Virus record (IMG/VR): IMGVR_UViG_3300023283_000070
Coordinates: 1 to 41,701 of that record
Length of the DNA: 41,701 nucleotides
Source of the DNA: a virus
Taxonomy: Duplodnaviria; Caudoviricetes
Direction: 5' to 3' (one strand)
A model generated the notes under the pieces. That model was not told the DNA's origin. It worked only from the letters and a program-made list of their open reading frames with translations, and searched no databases. This document shows positions 14,619-23,719 of the stretch, piece by piece (positions within the stretch are counted from its first letter, which is position 1; each line of letters opens with the position of its first letter). Position numbers and translations under genes: made by a program.

Positions 14619-17462
14619 GTGAACACAGGGCGGATCTACTCTCTCGAGGAGGACGGGCACACCGGCGCGGTGCGCTTCCTGTCCGGATTCACCGTCTCTC
14701 TGGATGAGGGCCGGCGCACGAGCGTCGTCACGATCGTGCGTACCGGCTCGTTCAACGATCCGCGCTACGGCCAGTTCGAGATCACGCGGCAGATGCTGCT
14801 GCAGATGGTCGAGAACTTCGAGGCGAACGTCTACGGGCAGGACATATTCGTCGACGTCGCACACCGCCCGAGCGATGGGGCTGCGGCGAAGATACTGTCG
14901 CTGTTCGTGGAGGGGAACCGCCTGCGCGCCCGGGTCGAGTGGACCGACTACGGGCTCGACGCGGTACGGCGCCGTGGATTCCAGTACCTGTCCGCCGAGT
15001 TCCACGAGAACTGGCAGGACAACGAGCAGAACCGGACCTTCGGGCCGGTTCTGCTAGGCGCCGCGCTCACCGTGCGTCCGGTGATCAAGCGCTTGGACCC
15101 CATCCAACTGTCCGAGGCCAGCGATGACCATGCGGTGCTGGTTCATCCCGAGCTCGAGAGCACCCTCAAACGGGAGATCACGACCATGTGGAAGAACCTG
15201 ATCGACAAGCTCCGCAAGCAGCTCGCGGAGCAGCGCCTCTCCGAGGCGGTCATCAAGCGCCTGGCGGAGGCCTTCGCCTCGGCGCTGGAGGGCGTCACCG
15301 AGGAGCAGCGCGCCAACGTGCTGCTGAGCGAGTTCATCGAGTCGGGCAAGGCGCTCGCCGGCGATCGCCGGATGCTGCTCGGCGACGGCCTTGCCGGATT
15401 CCTGAACCGGCGCATCGAGGAGCTCGTCTCCGACGGGCAGGACCGCGCCGACGTCGTGCGCCGGATGGCGCAGGCCGGCGGCATCAACGAGAGCACGGTC
15501 AATCAGATCCTGCTGGGCGACACCGCCGGCGGGATCAACTGCCCGCCCATCGAGCGCCTGAACGGCTTCGCGCGCGCGCTCAACGTCAGCGCCGGTCGGC
15601 TCCGCGAGATCGCCGAGCGGGACGGGTGCACCTACGGGAACGGCAATCGGCGGGCCTCGAGCGACCCGCTCACTGCGGCCGACGTCGAGCGCATCCTCGA
15701 GGAGCGCGAGCGCGAGCGAGCCGAGACCGAGGCCGAGCGCACCCGGCGCCTCGAGGAGAACCGTGCGCTGTTCGCGAAGGTCCTGGACGAGGCCGAGGGC
15801 CTCAAGGCCCTGAGCGAGGAGACGCGCACGCAGCTCGCCGGCGCTGCCGACCTGATCACCGCGGAGATGACCGAGGGGCAGGTCCGGAAGCTCGCCGAGC
15901 ACCAGGTCAACATCGGCGGGCAGATCAGCGCCCAGGCGAAGCTCGCGGGCATGGGATTCGTCCGGAGCGGGGGGAGCGGCAGCGTGGTCATCAGCCTGGA
16001 CGAGTCGAACACGGTGAAGAAGCTCCAGGAGACCGTGGACCGTCGCCTCGGGATCCTGGATCTCTCCGACGCGCGGCGCTACGCACGCACCGGAGGGCAG
16101 CTGGTCGAGGAGAACAAGAAGCTCGCCGAGCGGGTGCTGGCGATGTTCGACGCCGACCCGCGGAACCGGACCCAGCTCGAGCGCGAGGCGAAGCAGCTCG
16201 CGAGCGGCGACAGCGTCGTCTCGGACGTCAACGTCCCGGTCGTGTGGGAGCGCACCGTCATCCGCGAGGCGCTCTACCAGGTGACCGCGCTGATGCTGAT
16301 GGACACCGGCGTCGAGCAGTTCGCCACGTCCTACATGATCCCCTACAGCTTCCGGGACACCGGCGCCGCCGGTGTGGACAACACGCGGAAGTACGAGGGG
16401 CAGGCCATCTCCCGCGCGGGCGTCACGCAGACGGCGGAGACGGCGTACAACAGGCCCCAAAAGCTCGCCTTCGAGGTCTCGGACGAGCTTCGCTATCTCA
16501 CCGCCGCGCGTCACCTGGACTGGGACGCCGTCGCGGAGAACCAGCGCAACGCCACCCGCATCATCTCCGAGGACAGCGATCGGCTCGCGTACAACGAGCT
16601 GCTGCAGGCGTCCGACGAGTTCGGCGCCGTCGTGGTCTCGGTGGCCGAGGACCTCGAGCCGCAGGCGGACGACACGAAGAACCTGTTCGTGCTCGCCAAC
16701 TTCCCCGTGGTGCGGCCGCGGGCGGTGTACGACCTGCAGGGCAACCAGGTCGGATCGACGGTCAACCCGATCGTCGTGACCTACGACTCGGTCGCGCGCG
16801 CGGAGTGGGACGGCACGGGATCGCAGCCGGCCGGCATCTACTACGTCCTCGACTACAACCTGGGCGAGATCCGACTCGTTGACGAGGCGGGCGACACGCA
16901 GGTGCCGGCGGACGCGACCGCGTACACCATAACCTACAGCTACGCGACCAACGTCTACGCCTTCGACACCGATCTCGGCGGGGCCGCGGCGGACGCCCAC
17001 TGGGACACGTTCCTCTACCGCTACGGGTTGCGCAAGTCGGTCGTCGAAGACGATCGCTTCCACGAGGCGAACTTCGGCGTGATGCGCGGCGCCGTGATGA
17101 CGCAGATCGAGCAGGCGAAGCAGTTCGGCGCCAACCACCGCCGACCGGGGACCGATCTCTCGGCGGACGGAAGCCTGGGCCGCATCAAGGACGTTCCGAA
17201 CTTCAAGGCGTTCGGTCCGAACCTGCACATCGGCGACCAGCGGCTGCTGATCGGCGAGCGCGGCGTCACGCGGTTCCGCATGACGCGCCCGTGGATGCTC
17301 GGCGAGCTCGAGAACCAGAAGGACGCCAACGGCCGCTTCACCGGCAAGAAGGAGGCCTACGGCGACCAGTTCATCGTCATCCACACGCCGACGCAGCTCA
17401 AGCGGGCGCTCACGAGCTTCGTGCTCTACAGCGCCGCGGGTCGCGTCGCTCGGACGGTCTGA
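14619..17462 (+). CDS. Mu-like prohead protease-scaffold-major capsid polyprotein (947 aa)
   Basis: Mu I-type protease motifs (VDVAH, ARVEWT, YLSAEF, LLGAALT.RP); coiled-coil scaffold with in-frame internal ATG at 15186 after GGGAG; capsid-like C-terminal part. Confidence 0.85.
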   Translation: MNTGRIYSLEEDGHTGAVRFLSGFTVSLDEGRRTSVVTIVRTGSFNDPRYGQFEITRQMLLQMVENFEANVYGQDIFVDVAHRPSDGAAAKILSLFVEGNRLRARVEWTDYGLDAVRRRGFQYLSAEFHENWQDNEQNRTFGPVLLGAALTVRPVIKRLDPIQLSEASDDHAVLVHPELESTLKREITTMWKNLIDKLRKQLAEQRLSEAVIKRLAEAFASALEGVTEEQRANVLLSEFIESGKALAGDRRMLLGDGLAGFLNRRIEELVSDGQDRADVVRRMAQAGGINESTVNQILLGDTAGGINCPPIERLNGFARALNVSAGRLREIAERDGCTYGNGNRRASSDPLTAADVERILEERERERAETEAERTRRLEENRALFAKVLDEAEGLKALSEETRTQLAGAADLITAEMTEGQVRKLAEHQVNIGGQISAQAKLAGMGFVRSGGSGSVVISLDESNTVKKLQETVDRRLGILDLSDARRYARTGGQLVEENKKLAERVLAMFDADPRNRTQLEREAKQLASGDSVVSDVNVPVVWERTVIREALYQVTALMLMDTGVEQFATSYMIPYSFRDTGAAGVDNTRKYEGQAISRAGVTQTAETAYNRPQKLAFEVSDELRYLTAARHLDWDAVAENQRNATRIISEDSDRLAYNELLQASDEFGAVVVSVAEDLEPQADDTKNLFVLANFPVVRPRAVYDLQGNQVGSTVNPIVVTYDSVARAEWDGTGSQPAGIYYVLDYNLGEIRLVDEAGDTQVPADATAYTITYSYATNVYAFDTDLGGAAADAHWDTFLYRYGLRKSVVEDDRFHEANFGVMRGAVMTQIEQAKQFGANHRRPGTDLSADGSLGRIKDVPNFKAFGPNLHIGDQRLLIGERGVTRFRMTRPWMLGELENQKDANGRFTGKKEAYGDQFIVIHTPTQLKRALTSFVLYSAAGRVARTV

Positions 17463-17485
17463 GCGGAGATGGGATGACCCGGAAC

Positions 17486-17524
17486 GGAAGCGGGCGGGGC
17501 GCGGCGACGCTTCCGCCCGCTTCC
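17486..17524 (+). terminator. GC-rich hairpin after the capsid gene (no U tract)
   Basis: GGAAGCGGGCGG / CCGCCCGCTTCC 12-bp inverted repeat. Confidence 0.5.
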
Positions 17525-17552
17525 CGACCCCCCCCCGATGCGAGGCAGAGGC

Positions 17553-17945
17553 ATGAACGAAGATCTGGTCCCCGTAAAGAACAACACGGCGATGACGATG
17601 CACGTCGCCGGCGTCCTCATCGCTCCCGGGGAGACGCGGCATCTGCCGCGCGTGCACGTCCCCGCGAACCTGCTCCCGCGCACGACACCGGCGGCGGTGC
17701 CGGCGCCATCGGATCCGGTGCTCGAGCTGCTCGACGACTCCGTCAAGGACATCGTCGGTCGGCTGCCGGAGCTCGACGACGAGCAGCTCGCAGCGGTGAA
17801 AGCCGCGGAGGTCGACGGCAAGACGCGCAAGTCGCTGATGGACGCGATCGCCCAGGAGGAGCTCCGGCGCGCGAACGCGCGGGCCGACGGCGCCGGCCAG
17901 GGAGACGGCGAGGGCGACGGCGCCGGCAGCCCCGACACGGAGTAG
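17553..17945 (+). CDS. Hypothetical head-associated protein
   Basis: ATG 17553 after GAGG; helical LAAVKAAEVDGKTRKSL motif typical of post-capsid small proteins. Confidence 0.65.
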   Translation: MNEDLVPVKNNTAMTMHVAGVLIAPGETRHLPRVHVPANLLPRTTPAAVPAPSDPVLELLDDSVKDIVGRLPELDDEQLAAVKAAEVDGKTRKSLMDAIAQEELRRANARADGAGQGDGEGDGAGSPDTE

Positions 17946-17949
17946 GTCC

Positions 17950-18378
17950 GTGGAGCTCCGGCTCGTGCGTCACGAGTCCGGTGACCAGGGCACCGTCGGG
18001 GCGATCCTCGCGGGCGAGCTGCCGCTCTGCTACACGCTGGAGCCGCCGTGGCGCGACAACCGTCCGAACCGGAGCTGCATCCCGAGTGGGCGCTATCTCG
18101 TCATCTCGCACCGCTCGCCGCGCTTCGGCCACGTCTACCTGGTCACGGACGTACCCGGACGCTCGCACATCCTGTTCCACGCCGGGAACTTTGGCGGAGA
18201 CGTCGATCTCGGCTACCGCACCCACACGCAGGGTTGCATCCTGCCGGGCTCGCGGCAGGGCCGCCTCGCCGCCGATGGTCGCCTACAGCGCGCCGTGCTG
18301 GCCTCTAGGATGGCGACCCGGCAACTGTTCTCCCGGCTCGGCAACGAGCCGTTCGTCCTCACCGTGGAGGCTGCATAG
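17950..18378 (+). CDS. DUF5675-family protein, putative endolysin (L,D-transpeptidase-like)
   Basis: YTLEPPW, SCIPSGRY, VPGRSHILFHAGN, TQGCIL motifs; adjacent to a holin-like gene. Confidence 0.8.
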   Translation: MELRLVRHESGDQGTVGAILAGELPLCYTLEPPWRDNRPNRSCIPSGRYLVISHRSPRFGHVYLVTDVPGRSHILFHAGNFGGDVDLGYRTHTQGCILPGSRQGRLAADGRLQRAVLASRMATRQLFSRLGNEPFVLTVEAA

Positions 18379-18849
18379 ATGATGGACGCGATCGCCTCCG
18401 TCCTGACGGGCGGAATCACCGGGCTCATCGGAACCGCGGTCAGCGGCGTGGTCGAGTACTTCAAGACGAAGCAGCGCAACGCGCACGAGCTCGCGATGAT
18501 CCAGGCGGAGAGAGAGACGCTCCAGCTTGAGATCGCCGGCCGGGAGCGTGTCGCCGAGATCGAATCGGAGAGTGCCCGCGACATCTCCGCCTCGGAGTCT
18601 TTCCGCGAAAGCCTGCGCGCCGACATCGCCCGTTACAGCAGCGGAGACAGCCCCTGGCTGGTGGGGGTAGACGTCGTCCGCGGGCTGGTGCGTCCGGTGT
18701 TGACGCTGGGCCTGGTGGCGTTCACCGCCTGGATCTATGCCACGGCGCCGGAGTCGATGGAGGACCAGGTGACGTCGACCGTGCTCTACGTCTGCACAGC
18801 TGCGGTGCTGTGGTGGTTCGGGACAAGGGTGAAGATGCCGACCAAGTGA
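18379..18849 (+). CDS. Putative holin (GTA 3TM-like)
   Basis: N-terminal Gly-rich hydrophobic segment, coiled coil, W..VRGLVRPVLT, two C-terminal TM helices ending WWFG.R. Confidence 0.65.
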   Translation: MMDAIASVLTGGITGLIGTAVSGVVEYFKTKQRNAHELAMIQAERETLQLEIAGRERVAEIESESARDISASESFRESLRADIARYSSGDSPWLVGVDVVRGLVRPVLTLGLVAFTAWIYATAPESMEDQVTSTVLYVCTAAVLWWFGTRVKMPTK

Positions 18850-18853
18850 GCCT

Positions 18854-19123
18854 GTGGACAGCCCGGGCGAAGTCTGGCGACGGCTCAGCGCACTCGAGAC
18901 GTCATCGAAGGTGAATGCCACCAAGATCGCACGATTGGAGAAGGACCTGAGCGGGTACAGACGCACCATGTACGGAGACCGAGGCGACAACGGACTGATT
19001 GGGGCCGTTCGCAAACTGGCCGACGCCGAGGAGCGCCGCTCCAAGAGCGATGCGCTGCTGCGGAGCGCCGTGCTGATGCTGGCTGTGACCGTCCTCGCGG
19101 AGGTCGCGAGCACGTTTCTGTGA
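18854..19123 (+). CDS. Small coiled-coil membrane-anchored protein (lysis region)
   Basis: Coiled-coil N-terminus and one C-terminal TM helix. Confidence 0.55.
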   Translation: MDSPGEVWRRLSALETSSKVNATKIARLEKDLSGYRRTMYGDRGDNGLIGAVRKLADAEERRSKSDALLRSAVLMLAVTVLAEVASTFL

Positions 19124-19401
19124 TGCGGCGCCGTCGTGCCGAGTACGCAGCCCGCGAGCTCCTCGCTGCGATCTGCCTCGTCGTCGTGCTCGTCGCGGCG
19201 CTGGTGATCAACGGGTTCCTGTCCGCGGCTGCAGCCCCAGCGCCGGAGATGGGGTTCGAGCATACGGCGCCGCCGCGAGGACCGACGCCGAAGTGGGGCG
19301 AGACGGGTAGCGCGTGGAACCTGGCGCCGGAACGGGGCGGGCTTGGGTTCTGGCTTTGCTACATGGAGCAGGCGACGCCGGATGGGGATGGTTCGCAGTG
19401 A
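19120..19401 (+). CDS. Small membrane protein
   Basis: Basic N-terminus then a TM helix; coupled on both sides. Confidence 0.45.
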   Translation: MMRRRRAEYAARELLAAICLVVVLVAALVINGFLSAAAAPAPEMGFEHTAPPRGPTPKWGETGSAWNLAPERGGLGFWLCYMEQATPDGDGSQ

Positions 19402-19847
19402 ACATCACGCTCGTTATCCGCCGGACGACAAGCTCAAACCCGCGTCTCTCCGACGAGGCGAACCGCTGGCGTGAGGGGGAGGTGGTGAACATCTACGCCT
19501 ACAACGCTCGCACGTTCGCGCCTCCGGCCGTCGGCTCTGCTCACTACTCGGTCGTGGTGACCGGCCTGCCGGACGTGGGCATCGAGGCGCTGCGCCGGCG
19601 GCTCGCGAAGCCGCACGAGTACATCCCGGCGATCACGCCGGACGGTCCCGTCCATCACGTAGCTCGCAGGACGTTCGCCGCCGATTTCTCGTCGCTGTCG
19701 CGGGATCTGCTCGACCAGCTCAAGCGTGATCGCTATCTCGTCATGACGGCAGCTGAGATGAAGGATCTGTTCTGGCGGCGCAAGCAGTCCGACCGTTCGA
19801 TGGAGCGGAAGGTGCGTGACGAGGACATGACGGCGGACGCGGACTGA
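19398..19847 (+). CDS. Hypothetical protein (149 aa)
   Basis: GTG 19398 overlaps the upstream stop; its stop overlaps the next ATG. Confidence 0.6.
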   Translation: MNITLVIRRTTSSNPRLSDEANRWREGEVVNIYAYNARTFAPPAVGSAHYSVVVTGLPDVGIEALRRRLAKPHEYIPAITPDGPVHHVARRTFAADFSSLSRDLLDQLKRDRYLVMTAAEMKDLFWRRKQSDRSMERKVRDEDMTADAD

Positions 19848-21655
19848 TGGCGGATCTCGAACGATTCGTGGATACCGCTGCGACCGCCGGTGGCGACGGC
19901 ACGACGCAGGATCACAGTGGTGCCAACCGCGCCTACGCATCGCTTTCCGAGGCCGAGAGCGCCGAGGACGGGCTGCACGATCTGTCTACAGACGGCAACA
20001 CGCTCACGTTCTCGTGCGCCGGCGGATCGGACTCCACCGGCGTTACCATCGCCGGCTTCGGGACCGCGGAGAACAACTGGCTCCGCGTGCGCGGCGATCC
20101 GAGCGCGCCGGATGGCGATGGCGAGTACGGCGGTCCCGCAAACTGGAGCACGGGGCACTACGTCCTCACGAGCGGCGGATTCAGCACGCTGATTCCGAAT
20201 AACAATTTCGAGATCATCGAAGGGATGCAGATCGACAACACGAAGAACCACAGCGCTGCGAGCGCGCTCGACCTCAGGCTCACCGACTTCTTTCACGTCT
20301 TCAACAACCGGATCAAGTATAGCGGCGGGAGCGCCGGAGGCGACGCAGTAGGTACCCAAAACAATACGAACCCGAATTGGGATGGGGAAACTGCGTGGGG
20401 ACCAGCCGGCAGCCCCAACAGCTACGCCATGTCGATCGTCAACAACATCGTCATCTCGGATGGTCATGGGATAGATCCGACTGTTGAGAACAGCTCTGTG
20501 AGAAACGGGCTTATCGGCATCGTGGGGAACACCATCTACGCTAGTGGTACTTACGCGATCCGAATCAACAACGGCTCGAGTCGTACCGACACCATCACGG
20601 TCACCAATAATGCTGCCCCGGATGCACAGATCGATGATGTGGTGGCTGCAATGGCAGGGTCCACCGTCACGCAGGACTACAACGCGCACCAGAACGGCGA
20701 GACGGTTGTCGGCACGAGCAGCGTCGCCTTCACGGCGACCCTCGCCGACGATCTTGAAGATCCGGGCTCCGGCGACGCGAACGATCTGCACCCGGCGGGC
20801 ACGGGATCGATCCTGTACGAGGCGGGAGACAGCGGAACGGTGCTCTCGCCGGACATCGACGGGACGACACGCAAGGCGACGCCGGACATCGGGGCGCACG
20901 AGCTGGAGGCGGCGGGGGGCTCTACCATCGAGGCATCGGTAGCGCTCGCAGCGACGACCGACGTCGCGCCAAGCGGCACCGCCGCTCTCGCAGGCGCGTC
21001 TGACGTGGGCGGAGTCGCGGGCGTGAGCATGGACCCTCAAGCCGGGCTGGTGGCAACCGTGCCGATAGATGTGGTTACGGCGTTCACTTCTGGTGCGGAG
21101 GCACAGCAGCAGGGGAGCGCAGCATACGGTGCACAGGCCGGCGTCCTCAGCGGGGCTCAGGCGGCCCTCGAGGCGGCGCTCTCCTATGCCCTGCAGGCCG
21201 CTTTCCTGACGACCGGGGGCCAAGTCGTGGAGGCCGACGTCGAGCTCGGCGCCGGCGCCGGCGTCACCACGGCAGTCGTCCGCGTGACGGAGGGAGTGCT
21301 TACGCTCGCGGGCCAGGCTGCCGTGGCCGCCGGCGTCGTCGCCGAGCTCGGCGCCGATCTGGACGTCGCCGCGGTGGCGAGCGTCGCCGCCGGGGCCGAG
21401 GCGGAGCTCGAGACCGCGGCGACTCTCGGCGCCGACGCCGGCTTCGCCGTCTCGCGGCGCCTGGTGACTGCGGCCGGCGTCGCCTTCGACCTGTTGGCGG
21501 AGCTCACGGCGAGCGGCGTCGTCGCGGGCTTCACGGCGACGCTCTCGCCGGATCGGACGGTCCGGGTGCAGGCGGACTCTCGCGTCATCCGTGTCGCCGC
21601 GGACGACCGAATCATCCGGGTGGCGGCCGATCGCCGAATCATCCGCGCCAAGTAG
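19847..21655 (+). CDS. Putative fibre/spike protein with beta-helix-like N-terminal domain and Ala-rich repeat stalk (602 aa)
   Basis: Asn-ladder repeats (FNNRI, VNNIV, VGNTI, TNNA), DIDG..R...PDIGAHE cap motif, C-terminal 9-aa R(V/I)IRVAAD repeats. Confidence 0.65.
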   Translation: MADLERFVDTAATAGGDGTTQDHSGANRAYASLSEAESAEDGLHDLSTDGNTLTFSCAGGSDSTGVTIAGFGTAENNWLRVRGDPSAPDGDGEYGGPANWSTGHYVLTSGGFSTLIPNNNFEIIEGMQIDNTKNHSAASALDLRLTDFFHVFNNRIKYSGGSAGGDAVGTQNNTNPNWDGETAWGPAGSPNSYAMSIVNNIVISDGHGIDPTVENSSVRNGLIGIVGNTIYASGTYAIRINNGSSRTDTITVTNNAAPDAQIDDVVAAMAGSTVTQDYNAHQNGETVVGTSSVAFTATLADDLEDPGSGDANDLHPAGTGSILYEAGDSGTVLSPDIDGTTRKATPDIGAHELEAAGGSTIEASVALAATTDVAPSGTAALAGASDVGGVAGVSMDPQAGLVATVPIDVVTAFTSGAEAQQQGSAAYGAQAGVLSGAQAALEAALSYALQAAFLTTGGQVVEADVELGAGAGVTTAVVRVTEGVLTLAGQAAVAAGVVAELGADLDVAAVASVAAGAEAELETAATLGADAGFAVSRRLVTAAGVAFDLLAELTASGVVAGFTATLSPDRTVRVQADSRVIRVAADDRIIRVAADRRIIRAK

Positions 21656-21667
21656 AGGAGCGACGAC

Positions 21668-21907
21668 ATGCGCGTGACAGTGCTTGAGTTTATCGAGGAT
21701 GCGAACGAGTTCACCGACGCCGCGGAGATCAAGCAGGTGGAGGCCGGCGCCAAGGCGGGCACCCACGCCATCCTGCGGGTGAAGCGCGACAAGGAGGGCA
21801 AGGTCGTCTCCGTGTTCGCCGTCTCCCGGCTGGCACCGGGCTCGGCCGATCTGCCCGCGTCGCAGGCGCGGAACCTGATCGCCATCCGCAAGGCGAAGAA
21901 GGCCTGA
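21668..21907 (+). CDS. Hypothetical protein (79 aa)
   Basis: GAGGAG RBS; good codon bias. Confidence 0.65.
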   Translation: MRVTVLEFIEDANEFTDAAEIKQVEAGAKAGTHAILRVKRDKEGKVVSVFAVSRLAPGSADLPASQARNLIAIRKAKKA

Positions 21908-21939
21908 ACGGCCGGGGGACCCCGGCGGGAGAGACGACG

Positions 21940-22509
21940 ATGAAGCTGATCGAGAAGGCGCGCGCGGGGGTCCGGCTGCTGGCCGCGCTGCTGCTGGGCG
22001 CCGCGGTGCGCGCCGGGGTGGTGGTCTCTCATCACTTCCGCGTGGAGTGCGTCGGTCCGGATGGAGCGCTCAAGTGGGCCGCGGAGGCGCGGAACCTGGT
22101 GGTGAACGTCGGTCTCGACGAGATCCTGGACAAGTTCTACAAGGGGGCGACCTACACCGCCGCGCACTATGTGGGTCTGACCGACGGCACGCCCACGGTC
22201 GCGGCCGGCGACACGATGGGCTCTCACGCCGGCTGGAGCGAGGTGACCGCGTACAGCGAGGCCAACCGGCCCACGCTCACCCTTGGCGCCGTCTCGGGGC
22301 AGAGCGTCGACAACTCCGGGAACCAGGCGAGCTTTTCCGTCAACGCGAACGGCACGACTATCGGCGGCGCGTTCCTCGCCACGGCCGCCACCAAGGGCGG
22401 CTCGAGCGGGATCCTGATCGGCGCCGCGGCGTTCGGCGTCGGCGACAAGAGCGCGGACGATGGCGACACGCTGAACGTCACCGTGACCGCGACGATGGCG
22501 AGCGCCTAG
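21940..22509 (+). CDS. Virion structural protein, fibre-associated beta-sandwich type
   Basis: NLVVNVGLDEIL..GDTLNVTVT pattern typical of fibre-base proteins. Confidence 0.6.
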   Translation: MKLIEKARAGVRLLAALLLGAAVRAGVVVSHHFRVECVGPDGALKWAAEARNLVVNVGLDEILDKFYKGATYTAAHYVGLTDGTPTVAAGDTMGSHAGWSEVTAYSEANRPTLTLGAVSGQSVDNSGNQASFSVNANGTTIGGAFLATAATKGGSSGILIGAAAFGVGDKSADDGDTLNVTVTATMASA

Positions 22510-22520
22510 AGCGCGACGTC

Positions 22521-22838
22521 GTGCCGCTGATCTACGCAGCGAATCGGGCCGAGCCGGTCGCTCAGGGCGTCCCGCCGATCGACCCGGATGCGACCGTCGA
22601 CTACGGCTTCGAGTGGGAGGATTGGCTGGCCGGCGACACGATCTCCGATCTGACGGTCCTGCTCGGCGCTGAGCTGAGCAAGGAGAGCCAGCAGATCGAC
22701 GGCACCACGACGATCGCCTGGCTGAGCGTCGTCGGCGGCACCGGCGCCGGGACCCGGGTCCTGATGACACACCGCGTCGTCACAGCCGGCGGCCGCACGG
22801 AGGACCGGTCGATGTACATCACCGTCGCGGAGAAGTAG
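22521..22838 (+). CDS. Fibre-tail adaptor-like protein
   Basis: GTG 22521; DPDATVDYGFEW..WLAGDTI, AWLS.GG, T.GGRTEDRS motifs. Confidence 0.7.
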   Translation: MPLIYAANRAEPVAQGVPPIDPDATVDYGFEWEDWLAGDTISDLTVLLGAELSKESQQIDGTTTIAWLSVVGGTGAGTRVLMTHRVVTAGGRTEDRSMYITVAEK

Positions 22839-23474
22839 ATGGCCGGTACCCTGTCACAGGCCGACCTCGTAGCGGATCTGAAGGCGACGCTCGGCGACGC
22901 CGCCAAGACGTTCTCGACCGCTGCCGACGGGGACTTCAAGCGCCACCTTGCGCACTCCGCGGAGGATTTCGCGCGCGTGCGGCCGTATGTCCGCAGCGCG
23001 ACGCTGACGCTGGTGGCGGGCCAGGACGTGTACTCGGCGCCGGCCGACCTGGTCCGCGTGCACCGGATCCGGTGGGGGGATCCTGAGCGCCGCTCGCGCA
23101 AGCCGTGGGACGGGGCGCTGTGGCCGGGTCCGGCGCCGCGCGTCACGCCGGTCGGCGCCGGCCCGGCGCGGGAGTTTCTGCTCGACCCGGCGCCGACGGC
23201 GGCGCAGATCGACAGTCTCGGCGCGACCTTCCCCTACGAGTACGTGGCGGCGCACGTGATCGGCGCCGCCGCGACCGATACGACGGTGGAGGCACACGAT
23301 CGCGCGCTGCTGCTCCTGCGCTCCCAGGCGGAGGCGATGAAGGAGCTCGCGACGCGGAACATGCAGAAGCCGGTCCAGCTCCGGGATGGCGTCTCCGGGG
23401 TCCCGCGGAACGGCACGCCGGCCGCGCTCTACGACCAGCTCATGGAGCGGTTCGAGGCGCTCTCGCGGCGCTAG
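22839..23474 (+). CDS. Putative head-tail adaptor
   Basis: Position; helical N- and C-termini with a central beta insert (LTLVAGQDVY..PADL). Confidence 0.6.
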   Translation: MAGTLSQADLVADLKATLGDAAKTFSTAADGDFKRHLAHSAEDFARVRPYVRSATLTLVAGQDVYSAPADLVRVHRIRWGDPERRSRKPWDGALWPGPAPRVTPVGAGPAREFLLDPAPTAAQIDSLGATFPYEYVAAHVIGAAATDTTVEAHDRALLLLRSQAEAMKELATRNMQKPVQLRDGVSGVPRNGTPAALYDQLMERFEALSRR

Positions 23475-23719
23475 AGGCGCTCCCCGGAGGGGCCGACTCC
23501 GGAGGGTGCTCTCTGGTCGCGCGCTGCGCCTACGAAGCTCCACACGAGCGCCACGAGCCAGCCGACAGCGGTCCATCCGAGGAGCAGGTTGACGCCGAAG
23601 ATGGCGTACGAGTTGCGGTGCCGTCTGACCGCGGCGATGAACGTCGGCAGGAGATAGAGCAGGCCGGCGACGAGGAACACGAGAGTGTAGCCGAGGGGGG
23701 TGAGCTCGTAGTCGGGCAT
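23471..23719 (-). CDS. imm: Superinfection immunity protein (T4 Imm family)
   Basis: YLLPTFIA..RRHRN..AIF.VNLLLGWT.VGWLVALVWS signature. Confidence 0.92.
   Translation of the reverse strand: MPDYELTPLGYTLVFLVAGLLYLLPTFIAAVRRHRNSYAIFGVNLLLGWTAVGWLVALVWSFVGAARDQRAPSGVGPSGERL

Noticed and set aside
14619-15180. Transposable Mu-like phage
   Set aside because: Mu-like protease, MuF and Com-like genes are present, but no DDE transposase, MuB or Mu-type ends were found
15054-17657. Long minus-strand ORFs (867 aa here; also 19733-21766, 11698-13530, 9712-11526, 26562-28301)
   Set aside because: Antisense shadows of high-GC3 genes; no motifs, and they fully overlap well-supported plus-strand genes
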